Part shown: one piece after another, positions 8,895 through 17,600 of the stretch | Position numbering within the stretch: the first letter of the stretch is position 1 | Layout: every line of letters starts with the position of its first letter | Notes under the pieces: model-generated | Seen by the model: the letters and a program-made list of their open reading frames with translations, nothing else | What the model was told of the DNA's origin: nothing | Databases searched by the model: none | DNA from: an uncultured Opitutales bacterium | Lineage (GTDB): Bacteria; Verrucomicrobiota; Verrucomicrobiia; Opitutales; CAYWEO01 | DNA: 64,000 bases | Direction of reading: 5' to 3' | Assembly: GCA_964457855.1 (NCBI GenBank) | Contig: CAYWEO010000005.1 | Location: 487 to 64,486, forward strand | Translations under genes and position numbers: made by a program

Positions 8895-9983
8895 ATGACG
8901 ATGACGATGAAAACGAACTCCTTTACCCAGCCTAAAAACGACCTCATCGGTGCCACGAGAACGGCAACACCGTGCGTTTTCAGTTCCACCGTTCAAATTG
9001 CGAGGAATTTGGCGAACGTCCCCTTTCCTCATTGGGCAAAAGATTCTCAACGGAACGACGCCCTTGCCCTTTGCAAACGCGCGATTCAAAGCCTACCGTT
9101 GCTCGAAGATGTCCCCTTTTACGACGTTTCAGAGCTGTCGGAAGCGGAGAGAAAATACTTGGTCGAAGCCCATTTCATCACCCAAAACCCTGCCCAAACG
9201 AAACCTGGAACGGGACTTTTTCTTTGCGAGAAACACAACATTGCAATCGCGATTAACGACGACGATCATCTTTCGCTCCAAATTTTAAAAAAAGGCTTCA
9301 ACGTGCTTCCTTCGTGGAGGAAAATCGACGCGATTGATTCCCAACTGGAACGGTTTCTCGATTTCGCCTTTTCCGCGGAATTTGGCTATTTATCGCCCTC
9401 AATAGCCAACGTTGGGACTGGCCTACACGCATCCGTCACGGTGCACCTTCCAGGTCTTGCGATGGCCAACCAAACGGAGGCTCTCATCGCAACAGTTAAG
9501 CAGCTCCAAGGGGACATCATTGGCGCGTTTGGAGACGCCGTACGTGCGCCAGGAGGTTTCTTTAGAGTTACCAACCTACAGACCCTTGGGGACCCCGAAG
9601 CTACAATCCTGAAGCGCTTTAGTAACACAATCAAAACGATCGTCGAAAAGGAACTCGATGCCAGGAAAACTCTCCTCGAAACGAAACGTGCCAAGCTGTT
9701 CGACAAAATCGGCAGGGCGTACGGAATTCTCAAGAACAGCCACTCGTTATCGCTTGACGAGACCATCCATTTCCTCTCTTTCATCAGGCTTGCCAGCGAA
9801 CTTAAGCTGCTTCCTGCGACAACGCTCCAAAAAATCGACAACCTGATCCTGCGCGTCCAACCAGCCCATCTCGTTCTCGAAAACCCCCAACTCGCGTCAG
9901 AAAACGATTCCCACGACGCCTTCCGTGCCTCCTTGTTACGTCAGGAATTGACCGCGATTCCCATGCCAAACTTTCATTCGTAA
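8895..9983 (+). CDS. mcsB: protein arginine kinase (ATP:guanido phosphotransferase family)
   Basis: 362 aa. Phosphagen-kinase-like core (..YLSPSIANVGTGLHASVTVHLPGL..) and mcsA-mcsB-clpC synteny. Confidence 0.85.
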   Translation: MTMTMKTNSFTQPKNDLIGATRTATPCVFSSTVQIARNLANVPFPHWAKDSQRNDALALCKRAIQSLPLLEDVPFYDVSELSEAERKYLVEAHFITQNPAQTKPGTGLFLCEKHNIAIAINDDDHLSLQILKKGFNVLPSWRKIDAIDSQLERFLDFAFSAEFGYLSPSIANVGTGLHASVTVHLPGLAMANQTEALIATVKQLQGDIIGAFGDAVRAPGGFFRVTNLQTLGDPEATILKRFSNTIKTIVEKELDARKTLLETKRAKLFDKIGRAYGILKNSHSLSLDETIHFLSFIRLASELKLLPATTLQKIDNLILRVQPAHLVLENPQLASENDSHDAFRASLLRQELTAIPMPNFHS

Positions 9984-10000
9984 ACCGCTATTTTCCAACC

Positions 10001-12730
10001 ATGATTGTCCCCTTTCACAACCTCACCCCTCGGCTCCAACAAGCCCTCGCTCTCGCAAAGAAGGCTTCCGTGCACTTCCACAGCACCTATGTCGGCACGG
10101 AACACCTCCTGATGGGCCTCTCACAACTGGGTCAGGGAGTTGCCATTAATATCCTCAACAAAATGGGCGTTCGTACGGAAGACTTTCTCGCTTTGATAGA
10201 AACGCAAATCAAGTCCGAGTCAGCGGAATGGAGTGAAAAAACGGACTCCCGTTCAAGCATTTCCGATAAATCCGACAAACGCGCGTCTAAAAGCTCTTTC
10301 AATCAAGACATCGTGCTGTCGCCGCAAGCAAAGAGCGCCCTCGAATTGGCCACAAAAGAAGCCATTGCGCTGGGACATTCGTACGTCGGTACGGAACACC
10401 TCCTTCTCGGCCTCATCAGGACGGAAAATGGTCTCGCTTTCCGCATTTTGAAGGGTCTTAACATCGATCTTGACGACTGCAGAAAGGAAATTTTAGCGGA
10501 ACTGAATCCTAACTACAGCGCCGAAGGTAACAGCGACAGCGAATCCGACGACGATGATGATAGTGACAGTAATGGTGATAGCGACAACGGTACTACCCAT
10601 ACCCATAATGACGACACAATGCCCTTTGCCGAGGCATCTGCCGTCAATCATCCATCCGGTTCTCCTCAAAACGGCGCCAGGAAGGAAAAAAAGGACAGCG
10701 GCGACCGGAAAAATCCCGTTTTGCGCGCTTTCGGACGTGACCTCACAGAACGCGCCATCAATAAGGAATTAGACCCCGTCATCGGCAGAACCAAGGAAAT
10801 CGAGCGCGTCATCCAAATCCTTTGCAGGCGAACGAAGAACAACCCCATTTTGATCGGAGAGGCGGGCGTCGGGAAAACGGCGATCGTCGAGGGTCTTGCC
10901 CAAGCTATCGCGGACGGGAAAGCACCCGAACCCCTTCTCGATAAACGCATTATCATCCTCGACCTAGCCCTGATGGTCGCTGGCACAAAGTACAGAGGCC
11001 AATTTGAGGAGCGTCTCAAAACCGCGATGGACGAAATCCGACGTGCCAAAAACATCATCATTTTTCTGGACGAGCTCCACACGATCGTGGGTGCGGGGTC
11101 CGCAGAGGGCGCTATGGATGCATCAAACATCCTGAAACCGGCCCTTTCGCGCGGCGAAATCCAGTGCATTGGCGCCACGACGGTTGCGGAGTATCGGAAA
11201 CACATTGAAAAAGACAGTGCCCTCGACCGCCGTTTCCAAGGGGTCAATATCGATCCACCATCCGTCGAGGAAACTGTCCTGATTCTCAAGGGTATTCAGA
11301 AAAAGTACGAGGAACACCACAAAATTACGTTCTCAGACAGCGCCGTTGAACTCGCTGCAAAGCTTTCCGATCGTTACATCACGGGACGCCATTTGCCCGA
11401 CAAGGCCATCGATGTTCTTGACGAAGCCGGCTCAAAATGCCGCATCAGCGCTCTCACGCCCCCACCGTTCATGGAGAAGTTACAGACGGAAATCGACGGC
11501 GTTCATGCAAAAAAAGAAGACGCTATCCGTCAACAACGTTTCGAGGAGGCCGCAAAATTCAGAGATGAAGAAAAAAAACTGAAGGAACAGCAAGAAAGCA
11601 AGGTCACTGCTTGGCGCAAAACGCATGCGGAAAAGTTCATGCAAGTCACTGATGAAGACATCTTTCGCGTCGTCTCGACCGCTACCGGTATCCCCCTCAT
11701 GAAAATCGAACAAAAGGAGAGCAAAAAGCTCCTCAATCTCGAAAAAGACCTGCAATCCCTCATCATCGGCCAGGATCACGCAACGGAAATCGTCGCCAGG
11801 ACCCTCCGCCGTTCCCGCGCAGACCTGAAGGATCCCAAACGTCCGATCGGCTCCTTTCTCTTCCTGGGACCCACGGGAGTTGGCAAAAGCTTCCTCGCTA
11901 AACTCATCGCAGAGAAGATTTTCGGCAGCAAAGAGGCCATCATTCAGATCGATATGTCCGAATACATGGAAAAGTTCGCCGTTTCCCGCATGATCGGCTC
12001 TCCGCCCGGCTACGTAGGCCACGAAGAGGGGGGGCAACTCACGGAAGCCGTCAGACGCAAGCCGTATTCCGTCATTCTGTTCGACGAAATCGAAAAAGCC
12101 CACCCGGACGTCATCCAAATCCTCCTCCAAGTCCTAGAAGAAGGCCGTTTAACCGACAGCCTGGGCCGATCTGTCGATTTCCGCAACACGATCCTTATCA
12201 TCACCTCAAACGTTGGTGCAGAAATTCTCCAACGCGACACCGCCCTCGGCTTTCACGGAGGCAGCGCAAATGAAGACTTCGAACGCATTAAAGAACACAT
12301 CCAAGAGGCCACCAAACGCGCCTTTAAGCCCGAATTCCTCAACCGAATCGGCGAAATCGTCGTCTTTCGCCCACTTTTGAAGGAGCACATCGAACGCATC
12401 ATCGACATCGAGCTCAGCTCCATCCAAAAACGTCTGCAGCCGAGAAATATCCAGCTGAAACTCCATCCGTTAGCAAAGGCGTTCTTGGTCGAAAAAGGAT
12501 ACGATAAAAAATACGGCGCACGTCCACTCAAACGCGCCCTCGAACGTTTCCTCGAAGATCCCCTAGCGGAAGCCATTCTTAAAGAAGAGGTTCGGCATGA
12601 CATCCCCCTGCAAGTTGTTCTTGCGAAAGATAAAAAAGCACTGCAATTTATCCCTATCGAACCCAAAGCAAATGCTGCCGAAAAGCCATCTCCGGCAAAA
12701 AGTAAGGCCAAAAAACAGGAAACTGCATAA
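10001..12730 (+). CDS. clpC: ATP-dependent Clp protease ATP-binding subunit ClpC, with a long acidic insert after the N-domain
   Basis: Two Clp_N repeats, Walker A motifs GEAGVGKT and GPTGVGKS, and a UVR-like linker RFEEAAKFRDEEKK. The insert is SDSESDDDDDSDSNGDSDNG... Confidence 0.95.
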   Translation: MIVPFHNLTPRLQQALALAKKASVHFHSTYVGTEHLLMGLSQLGQGVAINILNKMGVRTEDFLALIETQIKSESAEWSEKTDSRSSISDKSDKRASKSSFNQDIVLSPQAKSALELATKEAIALGHSYVGTEHLLLGLIRTENGLAFRILKGLNIDLDDCRKEILAELNPNYSAEGNSDSESDDDDDSDSNGDSDNGTTHTHNDDTMPFAEASAVNHPSGSPQNGARKEKKDSGDRKNPVLRAFGRDLTERAINKELDPVIGRTKEIERVIQILCRRTKNNPILIGEAGVGKTAIVEGLAQAIADGKAPEPLLDKRIIILDLALMVAGTKYRGQFEERLKTAMDEIRRAKNIIIFLDELHTIVGAGSAEGAMDASNILKPALSRGEIQCIGATTVAEYRKHIEKDSALDRRFQGVNIDPPSVEETVLILKGIQKKYEEHHKITFSDSAVELAAKLSDRYITGRHLPDKAIDVLDEAGSKCRISALTPPPFMEKLQTEIDGVHAKKEDAIRQQRFEEAAKFRDEEKKLKEQQESKVTAWRKTHAEKFMQVTDEDIFRVVSTATGIPLMKIEQKESKKLLNLEKDLQSLIIGQDHATEIVARTLRRSRADLKDPKRPIGSFLFLGPTGVGKSFLAKLIAEKIFGSKEAIIQIDMSEYMEKFAVSRMIGSPPGYVGHEEGGQLTEAVRRKPYSVILFDEIEKAHPDVIQILLQVLEEGRLTDSLGRSVDFRNTILIITSNVGAEILQRDTALGFHGGSANEDFERIKEHIQEATKRAFKPEFLNRIGEIVVFRPLLKEHIERIIDIELSSIQKRLQPRNIQLKLHPLAKAFLVEKGYDKKYGARPLKRALERFLEDPLAEAILKEEVRHDIPLQVVLAKDKKALQFIPIEPKANAAEKPSPAKSKAKKQETA

Positions 12731-12779
12731 TTTTTCCCCAAAAGAGCGTTGACAGTCCACAGGGAACGACAATCATGAT

Positions 12780-13766
12780 ATGTCTATGAGTAAAAAAATC
12801 GCTATCTTGATCGGCGCCATCGGCGCTTTCCCTTGTTTAGTCTTAACCGCAGACACTGCTGCTTCCGCAAAGCCAGTTGAGCAAGTAGTTGCAAAGCCTT
12901 CTGATGCTCCAACTGCCCCTGCAATGGCTCCCGCAGCTGCCCCCAAAAAGGTCTTCACGGAGGCTGAAGAGGCCAAGTTTATGGAGATCATTGGCTACAA
13001 TATCGGCCAAGGATTTCCCCTCGATGGCATGGCTCTCTCAAAAAAAGCACTCGATGCTTTTGGTAAAGGAATTTTGGATGCCGTTAACAAAAAGGCTTGC
13101 GCTTACGACGTTGAAAAAACGATGGCTGAAGCCCAGGCGTTTATGATGGAAAAAATGAAGTTAGTTGAAGAAAAAAATAAGGAAAAAATGAAAATTGAAG
13201 CCGAAAAAGCAAAAGTTGAAGCCACAGAAAGTCACGTCAAAAACGAGGCCTTTATTGCAAAACTCAAAACCGATAACAAAAACGTGAAGGAAACCCCAGA
13301 AGGTCTCGTTTACGAAATCATTTCCGAAGGTACCGGCCCAAAGCCCACCGATAAGGATCTCGTCACTGTTAATTACAGAGGCACTCTCATTGACGGCACA
13401 GAATTTGATAGCAGTTACAAGACCAACACCCCCGCAACATTCGTCTCAGGCGAGGTCATCGAGGGATTCCGCAAAGGCATCCAGCTCGTTTCCAAGGGCG
13501 GCAAGGTGAAATTGTTCCTGCGACCAACCCTCGCTTACGGCGACCAATTTCGCATCCCAGGCGTTCCCAATGCCAAAGCCGGCGCGCTCCTCATCTTCGA
13601 AATAGAACTTGTAGACTTTAAAGCACCCCCAGCGGCAGCAACGCCAATCGTGGTTCCCCCAACAGCAACAGCCGCTCCAGTTGTTTCGGAAGCAGCAGCC
13701 GCTGCCCGAACACCACCGGCTCCAGAAAGCAAGGCGCCTCAGGGTGTGCCCCCAGCGAACAAGTAA
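12780..13766 (+). CDS. FKBP-type peptidyl-prolyl isomerase, Mip-like, secreted, Pro/Ala-rich C-terminal tail
   Basis: Signal peptide, then FKBP core VTVNYRGTLIDGTEFDSSY..EVIEGFRKG..GALLIFEIELVDF. Confidence 0.9.
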   Translation: MSMSKKIAILIGAIGAFPCLVLTADTAASAKPVEQVVAKPSDAPTAPAMAPAAAPKKVFTEAEEAKFMEIIGYNIGQGFPLDGMALSKKALDAFGKGILDAVNKKACAYDVEKTMAEAQAFMMEKMKLVEEKNKEKMKIEAEKAKVEATESHVKNEAFIAKLKTDNKNVKETPEGLVYEIISEGTGPKPTDKDLVTVNYRGTLIDGTEFDSSYKTNTPATFVSGEVIEGFRKGIQLVSKGGKVKLFLRPTLAYGDQFRIPGVPNAKAGALLIFEIELVDFKAPPAAATPIVVPPTATAAPVVSEAAAAARTPPAPESKAPQGVPPANK

Positions 13767-13857
13767 AGTAAAATAGCGCCAATAAATAGCGCACCGTCCG
13801 TCTAGCGAAAGACTATTTTTAATCCTTGCTAGCGGATGAGAAGTGCTTCATAATGAC

Positions 13858-13889
13858 ATCTTCCCTTGGTGAAAGAGGGAAGATTTTTT
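13858..13889 (+). terminator. intrinsic terminator after the FKBP gene
   Basis: ATCTTCCCT-tggtgaaag-AGGGAAGAT followed by TTTTT. Confidence 0.75.
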
Positions 13890-13918
13890 ATTGAAATTAA
13901 CTCAAAAAAGGAAATTGT

Positions 13919-14707
13919 ATGAACTTTCTTAACATTTTTAATCAGCCAAAACCACCATCGAACGTAAAAGAAATAGAACCTAAAGCAAAAGAAAGGGTCG
14001 AAAAGTACAAGGAAATGCAGAAAGCGAACCCTAAGAAGAAAATGTTCGACATCATAAAAGAGTCGCGTCTTAATGAAAAACAAATCGAAAACAAAAAAAA
14101 GCTCGGCGAGGGCAATGTGAAAGTAGGGGAACAGTTCGTAGAAGCGTCAAAGAATCTTAATAAACAATACAACCAAAAGATCGACGATTTCTTGGAAAAC
14201 AAAGTGATCAACTCGTTGGAAGGCGCGCTCATCGGCACATCCTCCGCAGGCGAGAAAAAGTCTTCAGGTGGAGGCATTTTTAGTCGTTTCAATATTTTCG
14301 GCTCAGCGAAAACTTCTGATATTCTAAAGCCTGAAGCAGCGCATTACAAAAGTTTTGTCGGGAAACGCTTGGAGGAAATTTCTGAATTCTTCAACACTAA
14401 CGAAATCGGCAAAGCTATCCGTGACTCTTCCTTTAATGTCGTTTGGGGCTGCCTAACAACCCTTTACTTCGCTGAACAAGAAATGGCTAATGTTCTGATT
14501 GAAGATAAACCAAAAACAATCCAACAAGATTGGAAATCTTGCAGCTCAGAGGCCAAAAGCAAAACCAATAAGCTGTTCGGCTTCGTCGATGAGAAATTAA
14601 ACCCCTCAGCTGTTGACATAAAGATCGGTGGCGTAAAACTTATCCAAGTCAAAAAAAATCTCTCCAATTTCACCTTTTTGGGTATGAAAATCCCACTAAA
14701 ATGGTAG
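13919..14707 (+). CDS. hypothetical protein (262 aa), K/E/N-rich, no signal peptide
   Basis: Long ORF with AGGAAA 8 nt upstream of the ATG, bracketed by terminators. No motif recognised. Confidence 0.6.
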   Translation: MNFLNIFNQPKPPSNVKEIEPKAKERVEKYKEMQKANPKKKMFDIIKESRLNEKQIENKKKLGEGNVKVGEQFVEASKNLNKQYNQKIDDFLENKVINSLEGALIGTSSAGEKKSSGGGIFSRFNIFGSAKTSDILKPEAAHYKSFVGKRLEEISEFFNTNEIGKAIRDSSFNVVWGCLTTLYFAEQEMANVLIEDKPKTIQQDWKSCSSEAKSKTNKLFGFVDEKLNPSAVDIKIGGVKLIQVKKNLSNFTFLGMKIPLKW

Positions 14708-14738
14708 TTATGGAGATTTTGGGCCTGAAGTAATTTTT

Positions 14739-14903
14739 GGAGAGAGTGTTTTTTGCAAAAAACACCCCCTCCAAACCTCCCCCAAAAAAATTTTTATTCG
14801 GAAGGCATTTTTGAGGCACGTAGTGCCACAAAAATGCCTTCCGATGTGCTTTTCTTTGAAGGGCCCGGGAAACTTTCTTTTCTTCGAAAAGAAAGTTTCC
14901 CGG
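14739..14903 (+). repeat. 3HP element, complete (modules A, B, C)
   Basis: A is GGAGAGAGTGTTTTTTGCAAAAAACACCCCCTCC. B is CGGAAGGCATTTTTGAGGCACGTAGTGCCACAAAAATGCCTTCCG. C is CCCGGGAAACTTTCTTTTCTTCGAAAAGAAAGTTTCCCGG. Confidence 0.9.
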
Positions 14904-14963
14904 AAATATGCTTGCTTTCCCGCTCTAAATATTATCTTTTCTACATATTCTAACCCTTAGAGG

Positions 14964-15038
14964 GGCACGGTAGCCAAGTGGTAAGGCAGAAGTCTGCAAA
15001 ACTTCTATACGTCGGTTCAATTCCGACCCGTGCCTCCA
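14964..15038 (+). tRNA. tRNA-Cys(GCA), CCA encoded
   Basis: GGCACGG acceptor stem, anticodon arm GAAGT-CTGCAAA-ACTTC, T-arm GTCGG-TTCAATT-CCGAC. Confidence 0.9.
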
Positions 15039-15072
15039 AAGTCTAGAGGCGACCAATTTTCCCTTCATCGTC

Positions 15073-15654
15073 GTGCATTCAGTAAACGTAGACAAGAACG
15101 AAAAGACACTTCACAGGCATCGGCGCATCCGTCGGCTTAAGAAACTTCTTCGGTTTCTTCCGAGAAAAGCGACGTTGCATCGCTACCCCTTTTTGAAGTA
15201 TTTTGCGAAGTCGATCCGGAAGCGTGCATACCTGTGGTCATTTCGCGTAAAAGACGTCGCACCAGCGTTCTACGCGGGTTGGATCCTGACGCTACTTCCG
15301 GTGATTGGATTCCACACGATCGGGGCGTTTTTGTTGTCTTTTGTCCTGAGAACGAACATCATGATTCTCGTTGGGCTGCAAGCGATTTCGAATCCCTTTA
15401 CGTTAGCACCCCTTTGGGCGTTCGAGTATTACGTCGGCAGATTCATCCTAAAAGTCATTCATTGTGAACATTTTTTTCAGCACGGCTTCCAGGATGCCGG
15501 AGTTTCTTTGACTCACAAGGGAAAGGCCGCGCTAGACATTTTTTTAACGATTTCTGTTGGTGGAATTGTCTGTGGTGTGCTCTTTGCGTTTCTGTCCATG
15601 CTGATCTATAAAATGGCGGCGAAACGGGCATCACAACATCGCCTCCATTCCTAA
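15073..15654 (+). CDS. DUF2062-family membrane protein
   Basis: Basic N-terminus followed by ..YAGWILTLLPVIGFHTIGAFLLSFVLRTNIMILVGLQAISNPFTLAPLW.., typical of DUF2062. GTG start. Confidence 0.65.
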   Translation: MHSVNVDKNEKTLHRHRRIRRLKKLLRFLPRKATLHRYPFLKYFAKSIRKRAYLWSFRVKDVAPAFYAGWILTLLPVIGFHTIGAFLLSFVLRTNIMILVGLQAISNPFTLAPLWAFEYYVGRFILKVIHCEHFFQHGFQDAGVSLTHKGKAALDIFLTISVGGIVCGVLFAFLSMLIYKMAAKRASQHRLHS

Positions 15655-15667
15655 CGTTCTCCTTAAA

Positions 15668-17128
15668 ATGAAGCACTTGAAGACGTTCATTGGCATCATC
15701 GCGTTGCTAGTTGCGTTTTCCGTAAGCGCGGATACTGTTGCTACCGATATCCGGCCTCCGCTGCGACCCGCTCAGGGTTATCGTGGTAAAAAACGCCCTT
15801 TACCCCTACCCAAAGCTCAAAATCCCCATTTGCGTGCAACGCCAAAAGCGCCGTCAACGGCAAAAGTGGTTCCTAAAATCGTTCCAAAAAAGCAACCGAT
15901 TGTGCCGGCGCCGACTCCCACAGCCTCCAAACCCCGCGTTTTACTGGGCATTGACGTCCTTGAAAAGCAGCATTTTCAGCCTCTTTTTTTCGATAGCGCA
16001 CGCAAAAAGCCAAAACGCGTTGGCCTTCTTTGCAACATCGCTTCCGTCAATGGGAAAGGCATCTTGACGTCACAGGTCCTAAAAAATGCTCCTGGAGTCA
16101 ATTTAGTGGCGTTATTTGCGGCTGAAAATGGACTTACAGGCAACATCAAAAACGGGAAGGTCATCACCAATGGCATCGATCCTCAAACAGGGCTTCCCGT
16201 CTATTCCCTGCATGGTAAAACGCGCGCTCCAGTTCCGGAAATGTTGGTAAAAATTGACGTCCTTGTCATTGATTTGCAAGACATTGGATGCCGTTCCTAC
16301 ACCTTCATCAGTGCCATGCGGTTCGCATTGGAGGCTTGTTTCAATGCCGGAAAGGAAGTCATTGTGCTGGACAGGCCCAATCCCCTTGGCGGCATTCAGA
16401 TGGACGGTCCTATCATGGAGGATGCCTATGTTAGCTACACGGGAGCTTTTCGCATTCCGTACGTCCACGGCATGACCATCGGAGAGTTGGCACAACTCGT
16501 TAAAATAGATGCTGGACACCCACGCTTTAAACATTTTCTGCAATTCAAGCGCAAAAGAGGCCAGCTAATCGTCATTCGCATGCAAGGATGGCAGCGCTGG
16601 ATGCTTTGGAAAGATACTGGCCTGCAATGGGTTCCACCCTCGAGTTCCATGCGCTCACCAGACACCGCTGCTATGTACAGCATCGTGGGATTCGGGTGTA
16701 TCGGCAGTCGCTTCTCGCACGGTGCAAGAAGCGCAACGCCCTTCCAACTCCTTCGCCATAAGGACCCTCATCCCACGATCAGAGAACTGTGTCGAGTGCT
16801 TACCGCATCCCATGTCCCTCACTTTGCGTTCCAGGAAATGCCCAAAGGAGTTCTCGCCACCCTCAAGGACTGGAACAAAATCCGACCCATGGACTTCGCC
16901 CTACGTATGATGCAATTCACAAAACTTTGGAGTAAAGACAACCCGTACCAGTCCGTTGCCTCGACCAAAACAAGCTACACGAGCCGAATTATTGGATCCG
17001 CAGAATTCCTCAAAGAGCTCGCTAGCCCACGGAAAACCATTCGCATCGACTATTTTCTAAAAAAATGGCGACTCGATTCCCTAAATTTCAGAGAATACAT
17101 CCAAAAAAATCATTGTTTTCTCTACTAA
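15668..17128 (+). CDS. DUF1343-family protein (NamZ/YbbC-like exo-muramidase family), secreted, Pro-rich linker
   Basis: Signal peptide. VGLLCNIASVNGKG..LFAAENGLTGN..DLQDIGCRSYTFISAMRFALEAC..VLDRPNPLGG matches the DUF1343 pattern. Confidence 0.6.
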   Translation: MKHLKTFIGIIALLVAFSVSADTVATDIRPPLRPAQGYRGKKRPLPLPKAQNPHLRATPKAPSTAKVVPKIVPKKQPIVPAPTPTASKPRVLLGIDVLEKQHFQPLFFDSARKKPKRVGLLCNIASVNGKGILTSQVLKNAPGVNLVALFAAENGLTGNIKNGKVITNGIDPQTGLPVYSLHGKTRAPVPEMLVKIDVLVIDLQDIGCRSYTFISAMRFALEACFNAGKEVIVLDRPNPLGGIQMDGPIMEDAYVSYTGAFRIPYVHGMTIGELAQLVKIDAGHPRFKHFLQFKRKRGQLIVIRMQGWQRWMLWKDTGLQWVPPSSSMRSPDTAAMYSIVGFGCIGSRFSHGARSATPFQLLRHKDPHPTIRELCRVLTASHVPHFAFQEMPKGVLATLKDWNKIRPMDFALRMMQFTKLWSKDNPYQSVASTKTSYTSRIIGSAEFLKELASPRKTIRIDYFLKKWRLDSLNFREYIQKNHCFLY

Positions 17129-17140
17129 GGTAATTTCACT

Positions 17141-17353
17141 GTGCCATCGACCTCAAAAATATTGATCATCGTCGGTTGTCTTTTAATTATCGCTGGCTGC
17201 TTGTTCCCTCTGCTTTTTAAACTCCGAATCGGGAGACTTCCTGGAGACATCTCGTTACACACAAACAACTTAAAAATCTACATTCCCCTCACATCCTGCA
17301 TCATTTTATCGATTGTCCTATCGCTCATTTTGCGGCTCCTCAATAAAAAATAA
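17141..17353 (+). CDS. DUF2905-family small membrane protein
   Basis: 70 aa with two TM segments and RIGRLPGDISLHTNNLKIYIPLTSCIILS. Confidence 0.55.
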   Translation: MPSTSKILIIVGCLLIIAGCLFPLLFKLRIGRLPGDISLHTNNLKIYIPLTSCIILSIVLSLILRLLNKK

Positions 17354-17536
17354 TTTTTTTACACAAAAACGATCCTAAGCATTGACAAAACCAGGGAGTT
17401 GTGTTGAATCGAAGTCGAGAGAGACGATTCAGAGCGTGACATTGGACTACATTAAATGACTTACACTGAGCTACTTTAACTAGCGCATTCGCAGCATCTC
17501 ATTAGTGGCCTAATTGGATAGCATTTTAGAAATTAT

Positions 17537-17558
17537 TGAAGACGGCGTCTTCTATTTT
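17537..17558 (+). terminator. terminator-like hairpin in the rho leader (possible attenuator or 3' end of a small RNA)
   Basis: GAAGACG-g-CGTCTTC followed by TATTTTT, 43 nt upstream of the rho ATG. Confidence 0.5.
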
Positions 17559-17600
17559 TACGCATCGTCAGTGAACAATTGAGAGAAAATTGGTTTTATT

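Noticed and set aside
10666-12741. Antisense ORFs inside clpC (10666..11289, 11480..12130, 12253..12741). The same applies inside exbB (47016..47555), glmS (5421..6123), the LRR/deaminase genes (21568..22143) and obg (61528..62310)
   Set aside because: They sit opposite genes with strong family signatures, and their Arg/Ser/Pro-rich composition is typical of antisense frames. There is no independent support.
12731-12779. Sigma-70-type promoter TTGACA-17 nt-ATCATG upstream of the FKBP gene, and similar TTGACT/TTGACA matches at 8297 and 22718
   Set aside because: These are single weak matches with a poor -10 box, and the promoter consensus of this organism is unknown. They were not reported as features.
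14753-14953. ORF-track ORFs lying inside the 3HP and PE-A repeats (14753..14953, 28462..28779, 28506..28760, 46652..46927, 46684..46932, 46688..47227, 67..300, 478..696, 8162..8398)
   Set aside because: They are translations of palindromic repeat DNA. The same peptide-like strings (..PPPDLPLKNS.SEGIF..KMPSD..) appear on both strands and at every repeat copy, without start contexts. They are artefacts of long stop-free palindromes.
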